Source of the DNA: Chthonomonadaceae bacterium
Lineage (GTDB): Bacteria > Armatimonadota > Chthonomonadetes > Chthonomonadales > Chthonomonadaceae
Length of the DNA stretch: 49,892 nt
Assembly: GCA_035650735.1 (NCBI GenBank)
Contig: DASRGZ010000186.1
Span: 1-49,892 of the forward strand
Direction of reading: 5' to 3'
The translations under genes and the position numbers were made by a program. Below the pieces are notes generated by a model. It saw only the letters and a program-made list of their open reading frames with translations. It ran no database searches and was not told the DNA's origin. Positions within the stretch are counted from its first letter, which is position 1. Every line of letters begins with the position of its first letter. Shown piece after piece: positions 28,186-37,156 of this stretch.

Positions 28186-30036
28186 ATGGCCGTACGGGGC
28201 ATCATTCCCGGTGAGTTTGTGCGGCGGCGCATCGAACGCATCTTTCTCATCATTCTGGCCTGCTATCTGGGCTTGATCGGGCGGCTGATCTATCTCCAGG
28301 GCGCGCAGGGGCCGGTGCTGCGCTCCCAGGCCGAGCAGCTGCGCGAGCAGCGGATTCCCCTTCGTGCCCATCGCGGCTCTCTCTGCGACCGCGACGGCAA
28401 GCCGCTGGCGGTCAGCCTCTACTCCGGCACTATTGGCTTTGACCCCGCCGCCGTGCAGCCCGATCCCGCCAACCCCAGGAAGGCGGCGAAGATGCAGCAA
28501 AGCCTGGCCGATAGCGTGCATCGCGCCGCTGCCATCCTCCACCTTCCGGAAGCCGAATTGGCGGCGACCATCGCCCGCGCGCAGCAGCAATTCAACCCCA
28601 AAGCGCCGGTGCGCTTTGTGCCGATCCGCAAGGATGTGCCGCTGGAGGTCGCCCAGCAGATACGCGATGCCCGCCCGCGCCTGCTCGGGTTTGGCGTGGA
28701 CGACGGCAGCAAGCGCGTCTACTCTAACGGGGAGAACGCGGCGCAGGTAGTCGGATTTATGGGGCCAGATGGAGCCGGCGCGGCGGGGCTGGAGCGCGCC
28801 TGCGGCCACTGGCTGGACGGGCACGACGGCTTTGCCATCGCCCAGGTAGACGACCGCCGCCGCGAGATCCCGGACACGCTACAGCGCCTGGTTCCCGCCC
28901 ATGACGGCCTGGATGTCTACACAACGATTGACTCCAACGCACAGCATATCGTCACCCAGGAGGTGCAGCGCGTCTATGAGAAATATCATCCGCAGGGCAT
29001 CTCCGCCGTCGTGGTCGATCCCATCACGGGCGATGTGCTGTCCCTGGTCAGCCTGCCGACCTTCGATCCCAACCCCGGCAAGCGCCAGGGCCTGAACGGG
29101 GAAAGCCTGGCCGACCGCTGCGCCGCCCGCCTGTACGAGCCTGGCTCGACGCTCAAAGCCCTGACCATCGCCGCCGCCCTCGACGCGGGCGTCATCTCCC
29201 TGGAGAGCACCTTCTACTGCGGAGGGCGCATCCAGGTCGGGCGCGGCGTGATCCATTGCGTGCTGCACGGCGCCTCGGAGCGCTATGGGCACGGCACGGA
29301 GACGCCCATAGACATCATGCGCCACTCCTGCAACGTCGGCGCGGCCCAGATCGGCCTGCGGATGGGCGCCAAGCGCCTGTATGCCGCCGAGCGCCGATTC
29401 GGCCTGCTCGATCCGCTGGGGACCGGCCTGCCCGCCGAGCAGCATGGCCGCCTGTCTTTCGACCCCCACGAGAAGATAGACAGCCCCGGCAAGGTGGCGC
29501 GCGTTGCCTTCGGCCACGCCATCACCACCACGCCGCTGCACGTCGCTATGGCCTACGCCGCCATCGCCAACGGCGGTATCCTGATGAAGCCGCGCCTGAT
29601 CACGGCGGTCAAGGACGCCAACGGCAAGGTGCGCCAATCCTGGGAGCCGAAGGCGGTACGCCGCGTCCTCTCGCCCCGGACCAGCGCGGAAGTGGCCGCG
29701 ATGCTGCGGGCGGTCGTCTCCAATGGGACGGGCAAAATCGCGGCTATTCCCGGCTATCAGATCGCCGGCAAGACCGGCACAGCCAAGAAGTATCGGCGCG
29801 GCGCCTACGTCGGCTCCTTCGTCGGATTCCTGCCTGCCAGCCCGCACGCCAGGCCGCGTGCCGTCATCCTTATCGCCGTGGACGAGCCGCACGGCGCCTA
29901 CTACGGCGCGGAGGTCGCCGCGCCGGCGTTCCAGGCGATTGCGCGCCGCCTGATGGCCTACTGGCATGTTCCGGAGGATGACCCGCAGGGCCTCCAGGCC
30001 CGCACCGCTTACGAAAACCTGCACCATCGAAGTTAA
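28186..30036 (+). CDS. ftsI: Class B penicillin-binding protein (division transpeptidase)
   Basis: RG.L.DRDG, YEPGSTLK (SxxK), SCN (SxN), KTGTA; dcw position. Confidence 0.93.
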   Translation: MAVRGIIPGEFVRRRIERIFLIILACYLGLIGRLIYLQGAQGPVLRSQAEQLREQRIPLRAHRGSLCDRDGKPLAVSLYSGTIGFDPAAVQPDPANPRKAAKMQQSLADSVHRAAAILHLPEAELAATIARAQQQFNPKAPVRFVPIRKDVPLEVAQQIRDARPRLLGFGVDDGSKRVYSNGENAAQVVGFMGPDGAGAAGLERACGHWLDGHDGFAIAQVDDRRREIPDTLQRLVPAHDGLDVYTTIDSNAQHIVTQEVQRVYEKYHPQGISAVVVDPITGDVLSLVSLPTFDPNPGKRQGLNGESLADRCAARLYEPGSTLKALTIAAALDAGVISLESTFYCGGRIQVGRGVIHCVLHGASERYGHGTETPIDIMRHSCNVGAAQIGLRMGAKRLYAAERRFGLLDPLGTGLPAEQHGRLSFDPHEKIDSPGKVARVAFGHAITTTPLHVAMAYAAIANGGILMKPRLITAVKDANGKVRQSWEPKAVRRVLSPRTSAEVAAMLRAVVSNGTGKIAAIPGYQIAGKTGTAKKYRRGAYVGSFVGFLPASPHARPRAVILIAVDEPHGAYYGAEVAAPAFQAIARRLMAYWHVPEDDPQGLQARTAYENLHHRS

Positions 30037-30291
30037 GGCCAGCCTTTGTTCCTCACGCGCTTCCACGCGCTAGTTAGCTCCGGTTCGGCGCGTGGCTTCG
30101 GGGCCGTGCCGAGGTTCGGGAACCGCCACGTTCTCGACGCCGTGTGCGGCCCCTTTTTTCTCGCGGCGGGACTCAGGTATAATTTTCGATGTGGAAGATA
30201 GATAGTTCGTCCGCCAAATGAAGGTTTTGAAGGATTATAGGCGCGGAATATTCAACCTTTTGTACGGATGAGAAGCGATTTGCCTAGCCAA

Positions 30292-30696
30292 CTATCCGAG
30301 AAACGCTCGTAGCTCTTCTAGGAGCTTTGCTTGGTCTCGCAATTGACATTCCCAGACAACTAATGCATCCCATCCGCGTTCTCGGAGCGCGTGAAGCGTC
30401 TTCTCATCACGGGCGATGTTCCGATTGAGTTTAGCCTGCCAATACTCATTGTTCGATGTGGGCCTGTCTGCATGGCGACACCCGGGATGCTGATGCCAAA
30501 AGCATCCGTGAACGAATATGACCTTGCGGCGGCTGGGGAAAATGAGATCGGGCTTGCCTGGCAGTGCAGCGTTGTATAGACGATACCTATAGCCTGCGCG
30601 ATGAAGCAGGCGACGAACCAGCATCTCAGGCTTTGTGTTCTTGTCTTTTACTGCGCGCATAATGGCGCTGCGTTTTTCGGGCTTGAAAACGTCCAT
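30292..30696 (-). CDS. vsr: Very short patch repair endonuclease
   Basis: MDVF..KRSAIMRAVKDKNTKPE, LPGKPD, FVHGCFWHQH, VVWECQ. Confidence 0.96.
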   Translation of the reverse strand: MDVFKPEKRSAIMRAVKDKNTKPEMLVRRLLHRAGYRYRLYNAALPGKPDLIFPSRRKVIFVHGCFWHQHPGCRHADRPTSNNEYWQAKLNRNIARDEKTLHALRERGWDALVVWECQLRDQAKLLEELRAFLG

Positions 30697-30773
30697 GTGA
30701 CGAACCTCTCCTTCCGTGAGAGTATATCAACCATTATAGCTTCAATTCGCCGCCGTTTTCGAAAGGAGACCCT

Positions 30774-32024
30774 GTGAGCGCGAGCCTGCTTCTTGATACG
30801 ACTGAGGCGACGCCCCAGTGCGACCCAGATCAGGGCGCTAGGAAGTCAGTTGCGCCGGAAAAAACGTTCGCCGAATTTTTCGCCGGCATTGGGCTTATGC
30901 GCATGGGACTAGAGCGCATGGGGTGGCAAATCCGATACGCCAACGATATTGATGAGCAGAAGTTTGAGATGTATCGAGGGCATTTTCCTGATGCCGACAG
31001 GCATTTTTCATGTAAGGACATACATTCCGTACTAGCGTGTGAGGTGCCAGAGGTAACCCTTGCGACCGCCTCTTTCCCCTGTAACGATCTGTCGCTTGCC
31101 GGAGCAAGAGCAGGGCTTTCTGGAAAGGAATCTTCTGCGTTTTTTGGATTTATCTCCGTGCTTTGCGGCCTGCGCGAACTCAGGCGCTTGCCTCAGCTTG
31201 TGCTTTTAGAGAATGTTGCCGGCTTCCTCACTTCGCATGGCGGCAAGGATTTTGAGAAAGCTCTGCTTGCTCTTAATGAGCTTGGCTACGCAGTAGACGC
31301 ATTCTTTCTTGATGCCGCGAGATTTGTGCCGCAAAGTCGTCTTCGCCTTTTTGTTCTAGGCGTCCTAGACGTTGCCGGTTCAGATGGTGCAGTACAGCCC
31401 ACGGAAGACGCGCTTCGGCCTGGCGCTCTTGTAAAGTTTGTCGCCTTACATCCGCATATTCGTTGGCGGCTCCGTAGGCTGCCGGAACCGCCTCCTGCTG
31501 GGGCGGTTCGCTTGGAAACCATAATAGAACCGCTTTCAGATGACGCTAAGGAATGGTGGGAGAAGAAACGCGCCGATTACCTTTTTAATCAGATGAGTCC
31601 GCGACATCAAGAGATCGTTCGGTATATGATGACTCTGCCTACGTGGAGCTATGGCACCGTCTTTCGACGGATGCGTAATGGTTCTTCTATGGCGGAAATC
31701 AGAACCGATGGAATTGCCGGGTGTCTTAGAACGCCGCGCGGAGGAAGCGGACGCCAGATTTTGGTTAAGGCCGGGTTTGGAAAGTTCGCAGCAAGACTCG
31801 TGACCCCGCGTGAGGCGGCGCGTCTTATGGGGGCCGACGAGTTCCGCATAGCCGTTCCTCTCAATCAGGCGTTATTTGGCTTCGGCGATGCCGTATGTGT
31901 TCCTGTGGTCGAGTGGATTGCGCGGCATTATCTCAATCCTGTTCTCGACGAACTGCCGCAATTCATTCCGTCCAGGGAGGCGGCGCAACGTGGCAAATGC
32001 CCCAGGCGACCTCTTGGGCGGTAA
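30774..32024 (+). CDS. DNA (cytosine-5)-methyltransferase
   Basis: Motifs I FAGIG, IV FPCNDLS, VI ENV, VIII QSRLR, IX TPREAARLMG, X FGDAV. Confidence 0.95.
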   Translation: MSASLLLDTTEATPQCDPDQGARKSVAPEKTFAEFFAGIGLMRMGLERMGWQIRYANDIDEQKFEMYRGHFPDADRHFSCKDIHSVLACEVPEVTLATASFPCNDLSLAGARAGLSGKESSAFFGFISVLCGLRELRRLPQLVLLENVAGFLTSHGGKDFEKALLALNELGYAVDAFFLDAARFVPQSRLRLFVLGVLDVAGSDGAVQPTEDALRPGALVKFVALHPHIRWRLRRLPEPPPAGAVRLETIIEPLSDDAKEWWEKKRADYLFNQMSPRHQEIVRYMMTLPTWSYGTVFRRMRNGSSMAEIRTDGIAGCLRTPRGGSGRQILVKAGFGKFAARLVTPREAARLMGADEFRIAVPLNQALFGFGDAVCVPVVEWIARHYLNPVLDELPQFIPSREAAQRGKCPRRPLGR

Positions 32025-33072
32025 AGCCAGTTCCGATGCGCGAGACGATACTAGAGTGCATGAGGTTCGCGCTCATGCAATGAATGCTTTTCAGAAATGG
32101 TACGACGGCCTCAAGCGATACAGCGGCTTTCCGGCAAGAGGTACGCTATCCGGTGCGCTCGTTGTGCTGGAGCGGCTCAAGAAGAGCTTTGACCTCAACA
32201 TTGATTCCCATACCGCCAGAGGAGGCGCTCAGGTTCTTGGGGCGAGCGGCGCGGCGGTGCAGCGAATTCTGGAAGCGTTCGGGGAGACCCGCCCATTCTT
32301 GAGTGAGGGAGGAAGAACAAACAGGGGACTCCGGGGCGATATTGCTGGTATGCTCGCAGCTATAGGGACAGCACGCTTTGAGACGCTTTCCGAGGCGGAA
32401 CGCGCCGCAACGCTCGAGCAGCTTCAGGGCTTTCTCGTAGAAAAGGTCAAAGAATACCATAACCGACAGAGGATCAAATTCATCTTTGATCCGTCGCGCA
32501 GCACTTCGCAGCTTATCAAAGAACTTCTTGACGCAGCGAGCGAAACTGGCAAGCGCGGGGCGGTCGCGCAGTATCTTGTAGGCGCGAAGCTTCAGATTCG
32601 CTTTCCTGCGCTCGAGGTCAGCAATGATTCATATAGCACCGCCGATGTGCAGCTAGGCCGTCACGGCGATTTTCTTATCGGGGACACCGTGTTTCATGTA
32701 ACAGTCGCCCCCTTTCCGAAAGTGTATGAGAAATGCCGTGCGAACCTTCAGAATGGGCTTCGTCCCTACCTTCTTGTGGCCGAAGATGAGGAGCCGGGCG
32801 CAAAGCAGAATGCACGCCTTCTTCTTCCGGGCCAGTTGCCGGTAGAGTCCATCGAATCGTTTGTATCGCAGAACTTGGAGGAACTTTCCGAGTTCTCCCG
32901 TGGAGAGCGGGCGCGGCAGTTATTCCTTTTGCTAACTACTTACAACGAGCGAGTGAATGCGGTCGAGATTGATAAGTCGCTCATGATTGACATTCCTGAA
33001 AATCTCGCCCGTGACGCAAACATAAACGCTCCGCAAGAACACGTCAAAGCGGTAGGAGAGGATTTCCTCTAA
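31990..33072 (+). CDS. DUF4928-like protein, putative restriction endonuclease (divergent PD-(D/E)XK-like)
   Basis: GTG start with AGGGAGG, overlapping the methyltransferase 3' end (alternative ATG 32080). Motifs EGGRTNRG, VAQYLVGAKL..RFP, AD.Q.GR.GDF..GDT.FHVT recalled for DUF4928; function inferred from context. Confidence 0.65.
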   Translation: MANAPGDLLGGKASSDARDDTRVHEVRAHAMNAFQKWYDGLKRYSGFPARGTLSGALVVLERLKKSFDLNIDSHTARGGAQVLGASGAAVQRILEAFGETRPFLSEGGRTNRGLRGDIAGMLAAIGTARFETLSEAERAATLEQLQGFLVEKVKEYHNRQRIKFIFDPSRSTSQLIKELLDAASETGKRGAVAQYLVGAKLQIRFPALEVSNDSYSTADVQLGRHGDFLIGDTVFHVTVAPFPKVYEKCRANLQNGLRPYLLVAEDEEPGAKQNARLLLPGQLPVESIESFVSQNLEELSEFSRGERARQLFLLLTTYNERVNAVEIDKSLMIDIPENLARDANINAPQEHVKAVGEDFL

Positions 33073-33116
33073 CAGTTTGCGGAACGCTTATTCTGCTAAT
33101 CAGGTGCGATACCATC

Positions 33117-34682
33117 GTGAGACCTCCTGTTCCCCTGGAACAACTGATTGCCCGTTTGCCCGGAGCGCAGGTTGTCGGCAGCGCAAGCCACCTCGTGACC
33201 GGCCTGACGCACGACTCCCGCACCGTCCAGCCCGGCGACCTGTTTGTCTGCCTGCATGGCGCTACCTATGACGGCCACCGCTACGCTCCCGACGCCCTGG
33301 CAAAGGGAGCCGTTGCCATCGTCGCTAACGCAGGCGGGCTGGAGGCGGTGGAGGCGGCGCTGCCGCCCGAGTCCTGTGTAGTAACCGTGCCCGATACCCG
33401 CCGCGCCCTGCCGCTGCTGGCCGGTGCCTTCTACGGCACCCCTTCCCATAGCCTCACGATGGTCGGCGTCACCGGCACCAACGGCAAGACGACCACCACG
33501 CGCATGATCGCCGCCATCCTGCGCGCCGCCGGGAAGAAGGTGGGAACCATCGGTACGCTCGGCGCGGAACTCGACGGCACGCCCCTGCCCAGCGAGCACA
33601 CCACGCCCGAAGCCAATCAACTGCAAAGCCTGCTTGCTACCATGCGCGACTCTGGAGCCGATGCGGTGGTGATGGAGGTCTCCTCGCACGCGCTGGCGCA
33701 GTTCCGCACCGATGGCATCGCCTTTAACGCCGGCGTCTTTACCAATATCACGCAGGACCATCTGGATTTCCACGGCTCCATGGACGCCTATTTCGAGGCA
33801 AAGGCGCGGCTGTTCGCCGAGTACCCCGTCCTCTATCCCCGCCCGGACGGAAAGCTTTTTGTGGCGGTCATCAACGTGGCGCAGTGGGAGGGGCGCGACC
33901 TGGTGACGCGGGCGCGCGGCGACATTATCACCTTCACCACCGCCGACAATCCCGCCAACCTGCACGCCGAGAAGGTGGAGTTGTCGGCGGAGAGCGTGCG
34001 GTTCACCGCCGTCTATGATGCGGGCGTGGAGAAATTTAGCTTTCCGGTGACGCTGCCCATCGGCGGGGCGTTCCAGGTCGGCAACGCGCTGGCGGCCATC
34101 GGGGCCGGGCTGCGGCTGGGCGTGCCGAAGGAGATCATTGCCGAGGGCCTGGCGCATCTGCCGCCGGTGCCGGGCCGCTTCGAGGCCGTGCCGACGGGCG
34201 GGCGCGGCTTCAGCGTCATCGTGGACTACGCGCACACTCCCGACGGCCTGGAGAATCTACTGCGCTCGGCGCAAGAGCTGCATCCGGCGCGCATTCTGCT
34301 GGTCTTCGGCTGCGGCGGCGACCGCGACCGCACCAAGCGCCCGATCATGGGCCGGCTGGCGGCAACGCGGGCCGATGTCGCCATCGTCACCTCCGATAAC
34401 CCGCGCCACGAGGAACCGAACGCCATCATCGCCGAGATTTTGACCGGCATGGACAGGGCCGTCGATCCCGCCCTACGCGCCGAGATCCAGGTCCAGCCCG
34501 ACCGCCGCACTGCCATCGCCCTGGCCCTGGAGCAGGCGCGTCCGGGCGACCTGGTGCTGATCGCGGGCAAAGGCCATGAGGACTACCAGATCGTCGGCGA
34601 CACGGTTCTGCCCTTCGACGACCGCCAGGTAGCACAGGAGTGGTTACAGTCCACCCCCCCTGACACGGGAGGGAACCCCTGA
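33117..34682 (+). CDS. murE: UDP-MurNAc-L-Ala-D-Glu--meso-DAP ligase
   Basis: GVTGTNGKTT, TTPE, MEVSSH, DYAHTPD, DNPR (DAP-type), AGKGHE. Confidence 0.97.
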   Translation: MRPPVPLEQLIARLPGAQVVGSASHLVTGLTHDSRTVQPGDLFVCLHGATYDGHRYAPDALAKGAVAIVANAGGLEAVEAALPPESCVVTVPDTRRALPLLAGAFYGTPSHSLTMVGVTGTNGKTTTTRMIAAILRAAGKKVGTIGTLGAELDGTPLPSEHTTPEANQLQSLLATMRDSGADAVVMEVSSHALAQFRTDGIAFNAGVFTNITQDHLDFHGSMDAYFEAKARLFAEYPVLYPRPDGKLFVAVINVAQWEGRDLVTRARGDIITFTTADNPANLHAEKVELSAESVRFTAVYDAGVEKFSFPVTLPIGGAFQVGNALAAIGAGLRLGVPKEIIAEGLAHLPPVPGRFEAVPTGGRGFSVIVDYAHTPDGLENLLRSAQELHPARILLVFGCGGDRDRTKRPIMGRLAATRADVAIVTSDNPRHEEPNAIIAEILTGMDRAVDPALRAEIQVQPDRRTAIALALEQARPGDLVLIAGKGHEDYQIVGDTVLPFDDRQVAQEWLQSTPPDTGGNP

Positions 34683-36112
34683 TGGAGCCGTTCACGCTGG
34701 CCTGGGCAGCAGAGGCGATGGGCGCGCGCCTGCATGGAACGCCGACGGGCCTTGTCCAGGGAATCTGCACGGATACGCGGCGGGGCGCGTCCGGCGCGCT
34801 GTTTTTCGCGCTGCAAGGCGAGCATACGGATGGGCATAACTACGTCGCGCAGGCGTTCGCGGCGGGGGCAGTCGGCGCGGTCGTCTCCCGCGAAGCAGCG
34901 GGCATATCGGGGCCGCTGCTTGTCGTGCCGGACACGACGCGCGCCCTGGGTGACCTGGCAGCGCGCTATCGCCGCCGGTTCGTTATCCCCATCGTCGGCG
35001 TGACCGGAAGCGTCGGCAAGACCTCCACCAAGGAGATGATCGCAGCGTCGCTGCGCGCCAAGTACAACACGCTTGCCAACGAGAAGAACTTCAACAACGA
35101 GATCGGCGTGCCGCTAACCCTCTTTGCGCTCACGCCAGCATACGAGGTCGCCGTCATTGAGATGGGAATGCGCGGCCTGGGAGAGATTGACCGTCTGGCC
35201 GAAATCGCGCAGCCGACCGTCGGCGCGATCACCAACATCGGCTACGCGCATATCGAGCGGCTCGGCTCGCGGGAACGCATCGCGCAGGCCAAGTCCGAGC
35301 TGCTGGCGCGGCTGCCGGAAGGCGGCATCGCCGTCCTGCCCCGGCACGATCCGTTCTACGATTACCTGCGCGGCCGCGTCCCGCAGGGCTGCCGCGTCCT
35401 CAGCTTCGGGCAGGGCCGCGTGGAGTGCGAGCCGCAGCCGGAGGTGTGCGTTACCCCTGTCCGCGATCTGCCGGAGGGAGGGCTGTCGGCGCACGTGCGC
35501 GCGCCGGGAGAATCCGCGCAATTGGCGCTGCGCGTTCCCGGCAGCCATCACCTTCAGAACGCGGCGGCGGCGCTGGCGGTCGCGGTGGCGCTCAGCGTGC
35601 CGCTCACGCAGGCCGCCGCCGCGCTGGAGTCCTGGCAGGGCGCAGAAGGGCGCATGGTCATCACCCGCACGCCGGAGGGGCTGACCGTGCTGAATGACTG
35701 CTACAATGCCGGGCCGGAGAGTATGCAGGCGGCGCTGGCAACGCTGGCGCAGGTCGCGCCGCAGGGCGCCGGCAGGGTGGCCGTCCTGGGAGATATGAAG
35801 GAGCTGGGCGATTTTGCGCCCGAGGCCCATCGGCTCGTCGGGCGCAAGGCTGCGGAGACGGGCCTGCGCCTGCTGGTGACGGTCGGCGACCTGGCCCGGG
35901 AGATCGCGGCGGAGGCGGAGCGGCACGCCGGAGATCGCGGGCTTGCGCTGCCTGCCCTGCGCCACTTTGCCGACTCGGAAGCGGCTGCCGCGCATATCCG
36001 CGATCTGGCCGCGCCGGGCGATGCCGTCCTGATCAAAGGCTCGCGGGCCATGCAGATGGAAACCATCGTCGCCGCGCTGACGGGCGCGCAGGAATCGGGC
36101 GCGCATGGATAG
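34682..36112 (+). CDS. murF: UDP-MurNAc-tripeptide--D-Ala-D-Ala ligase
   Basis: GSVGKTSTKE, NFNNEIGVP, EMGM, DCYNA, GDMKELG, KGSR. Confidence 0.97.
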   Translation: MEPFTLAWAAEAMGARLHGTPTGLVQGICTDTRRGASGALFFALQGEHTDGHNYVAQAFAAGAVGAVVSREAAGISGPLLVVPDTTRALGDLAARYRRRFVIPIVGVTGSVGKTSTKEMIAASLRAKYNTLANEKNFNNEIGVPLTLFALTPAYEVAVIEMGMRGLGEIDRLAEIAQPTVGAITNIGYAHIERLGSRERIAQAKSELLARLPEGGIAVLPRHDPFYDYLRGRVPQGCRVLSFGQGRVECEPQPEVCVTPVRDLPEGGLSAHVRAPGESAQLALRVPGSHHLQNAAAALAVAVALSVPLTQAAAALESWQGAEGRMVITRTPEGLTVLNDCYNAGPESMQAALATLAQVAPQGAGRVAVLGDMKELGDFAPEAHRLVGRKAAETGLRLLVTVGDLAREIAAEAERHAGDRGLALPALRHFADSEAAAAHIRDLAAPGDAVLIKGSRAMQMETIVAALTGAQESGAHG

Positions 36113-37154
36113 GCTGATCCTCGGCTTTGTGGCGGCGTTTTTGCTGGCGGCGCTGCCGGGCAAGATGGCGATAGCGGCGCTGCAGCGGCTGGGCGCGCGG
36201 CAGAACGTCAGCGAGGACGCACCCGAAGCCCACAGCGCCAAACAAGGCACGCCGACGATGGGCGGCCTGCTGATTCTGTTCGCGCTGAGCGTCGTCGTGC
36301 TGGTCTACTTTGTGCTGACTCAGCTTGGCGAGCATCGTCGGCCCGCGCAGGATTATTCCTTGCTGCCGCAGCTCATCCTCACGCTGGCGTTCGGGGCCAT
36401 CGGCTTTGCCGACGATTTCCTGAGCGCGCGGCGCGGCAAGAATCTGGGCCTGCGGGCGCGCGAGAAGTTTGCGGCGCAGTGCCTGGTCGCCATCGGCTTT
36501 GCGCTCTGGCTGGCTAAAACCGCTCAGCCCGACCTGACTACCAGCGTCGCCCTGACGCCCTCGCTCACCTTAGGCAACGTCGTCATCGGGGAAAACGTGG
36601 TGGACCTGGGCTTCTGGTACTATCCGCTGGCCGTGCTCACTATTGTCGGGCTTTCCAACGCCACCAACTTCACGGACGGGCTGGATGGCCTCTCCAGCGG
36701 TCTGGCCATCCTAATCAGCCTGGCGCTGGCCCTGCTGCTGGCGCCTATCTCGGCCTCCTTCGGCTTCTTTGCCGCGGCGCTGGCAGGCGCGCTGGCCGGG
36801 TTCCTGTGGTGGAACGCCCACCCGGCAAGGGTCTTCATGGGCGATACCGGCTCGCTGGCGCTGGGCGCAGCGCTGGCGGGCGTGGCGCTGATCGGCAAGC
36901 AGGAGATCGCCCTGATCGTCGCCTCTCTAGTTTGCTGGGCCGAACTATTCTCCGTGATCATCCAGGTGCTCGTATTCAAATGGCGGCGGCGTCAGCACGG
37001 ACTGGAGTACGCTCAGACGCATCGCGTGTTTCGCCGCTCACCTCTGCACCATCATTTTGAGGAAGTGGGCTGGCCGGAAACGCAGGTGGTGCTGCGCTTC
37101 TGGATCGCGGGCGCGGTGTGCGCGGCGCTGGCTTTACTCTGGGGACGGGGTTAG
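36105..37154 (+). CDS. mraY: Phospho-N-acetylmuramoyl-pentapeptide transferase
   Basis: KQGTPTMGG, DD, NFTDGLDGL, VFMGDTGS, PLHHHFE. Confidence 0.97.
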   Translation: MDRLILGFVAAFLLAALPGKMAIAALQRLGARQNVSEDAPEAHSAKQGTPTMGGLLILFALSVVVLVYFVLTQLGEHRRPAQDYSLLPQLILTLAFGAIGFADDFLSARRGKNLGLRAREKFAAQCLVAIGFALWLAKTAQPDLTTSVALTPSLTLGNVVIGENVVDLGFWYYPLAVLTIVGLSNATNFTDGLDGLSSGLAILISLALALLLAPISASFGFFAAALAGALAGFLWWNAHPARVFMGDTGSLALGAALAGVALIGKQEIALIVASLVCWAELFSVIIQVLVFKWRRRQHGLEYAQTHRVFRRSPLHHHFEEVGWPETQVVLRFWIAGAVCAALALLWGRG

Positions 37155-37156
37155 GT

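Noticed and set aside
30037..30290. att sites or a tRNA at the edges of the methyltransferase cassette
   Set aside because: No direct repeat longer than TCAGGT is shared with 33073-33116, and no cloverleaf is recognisable.
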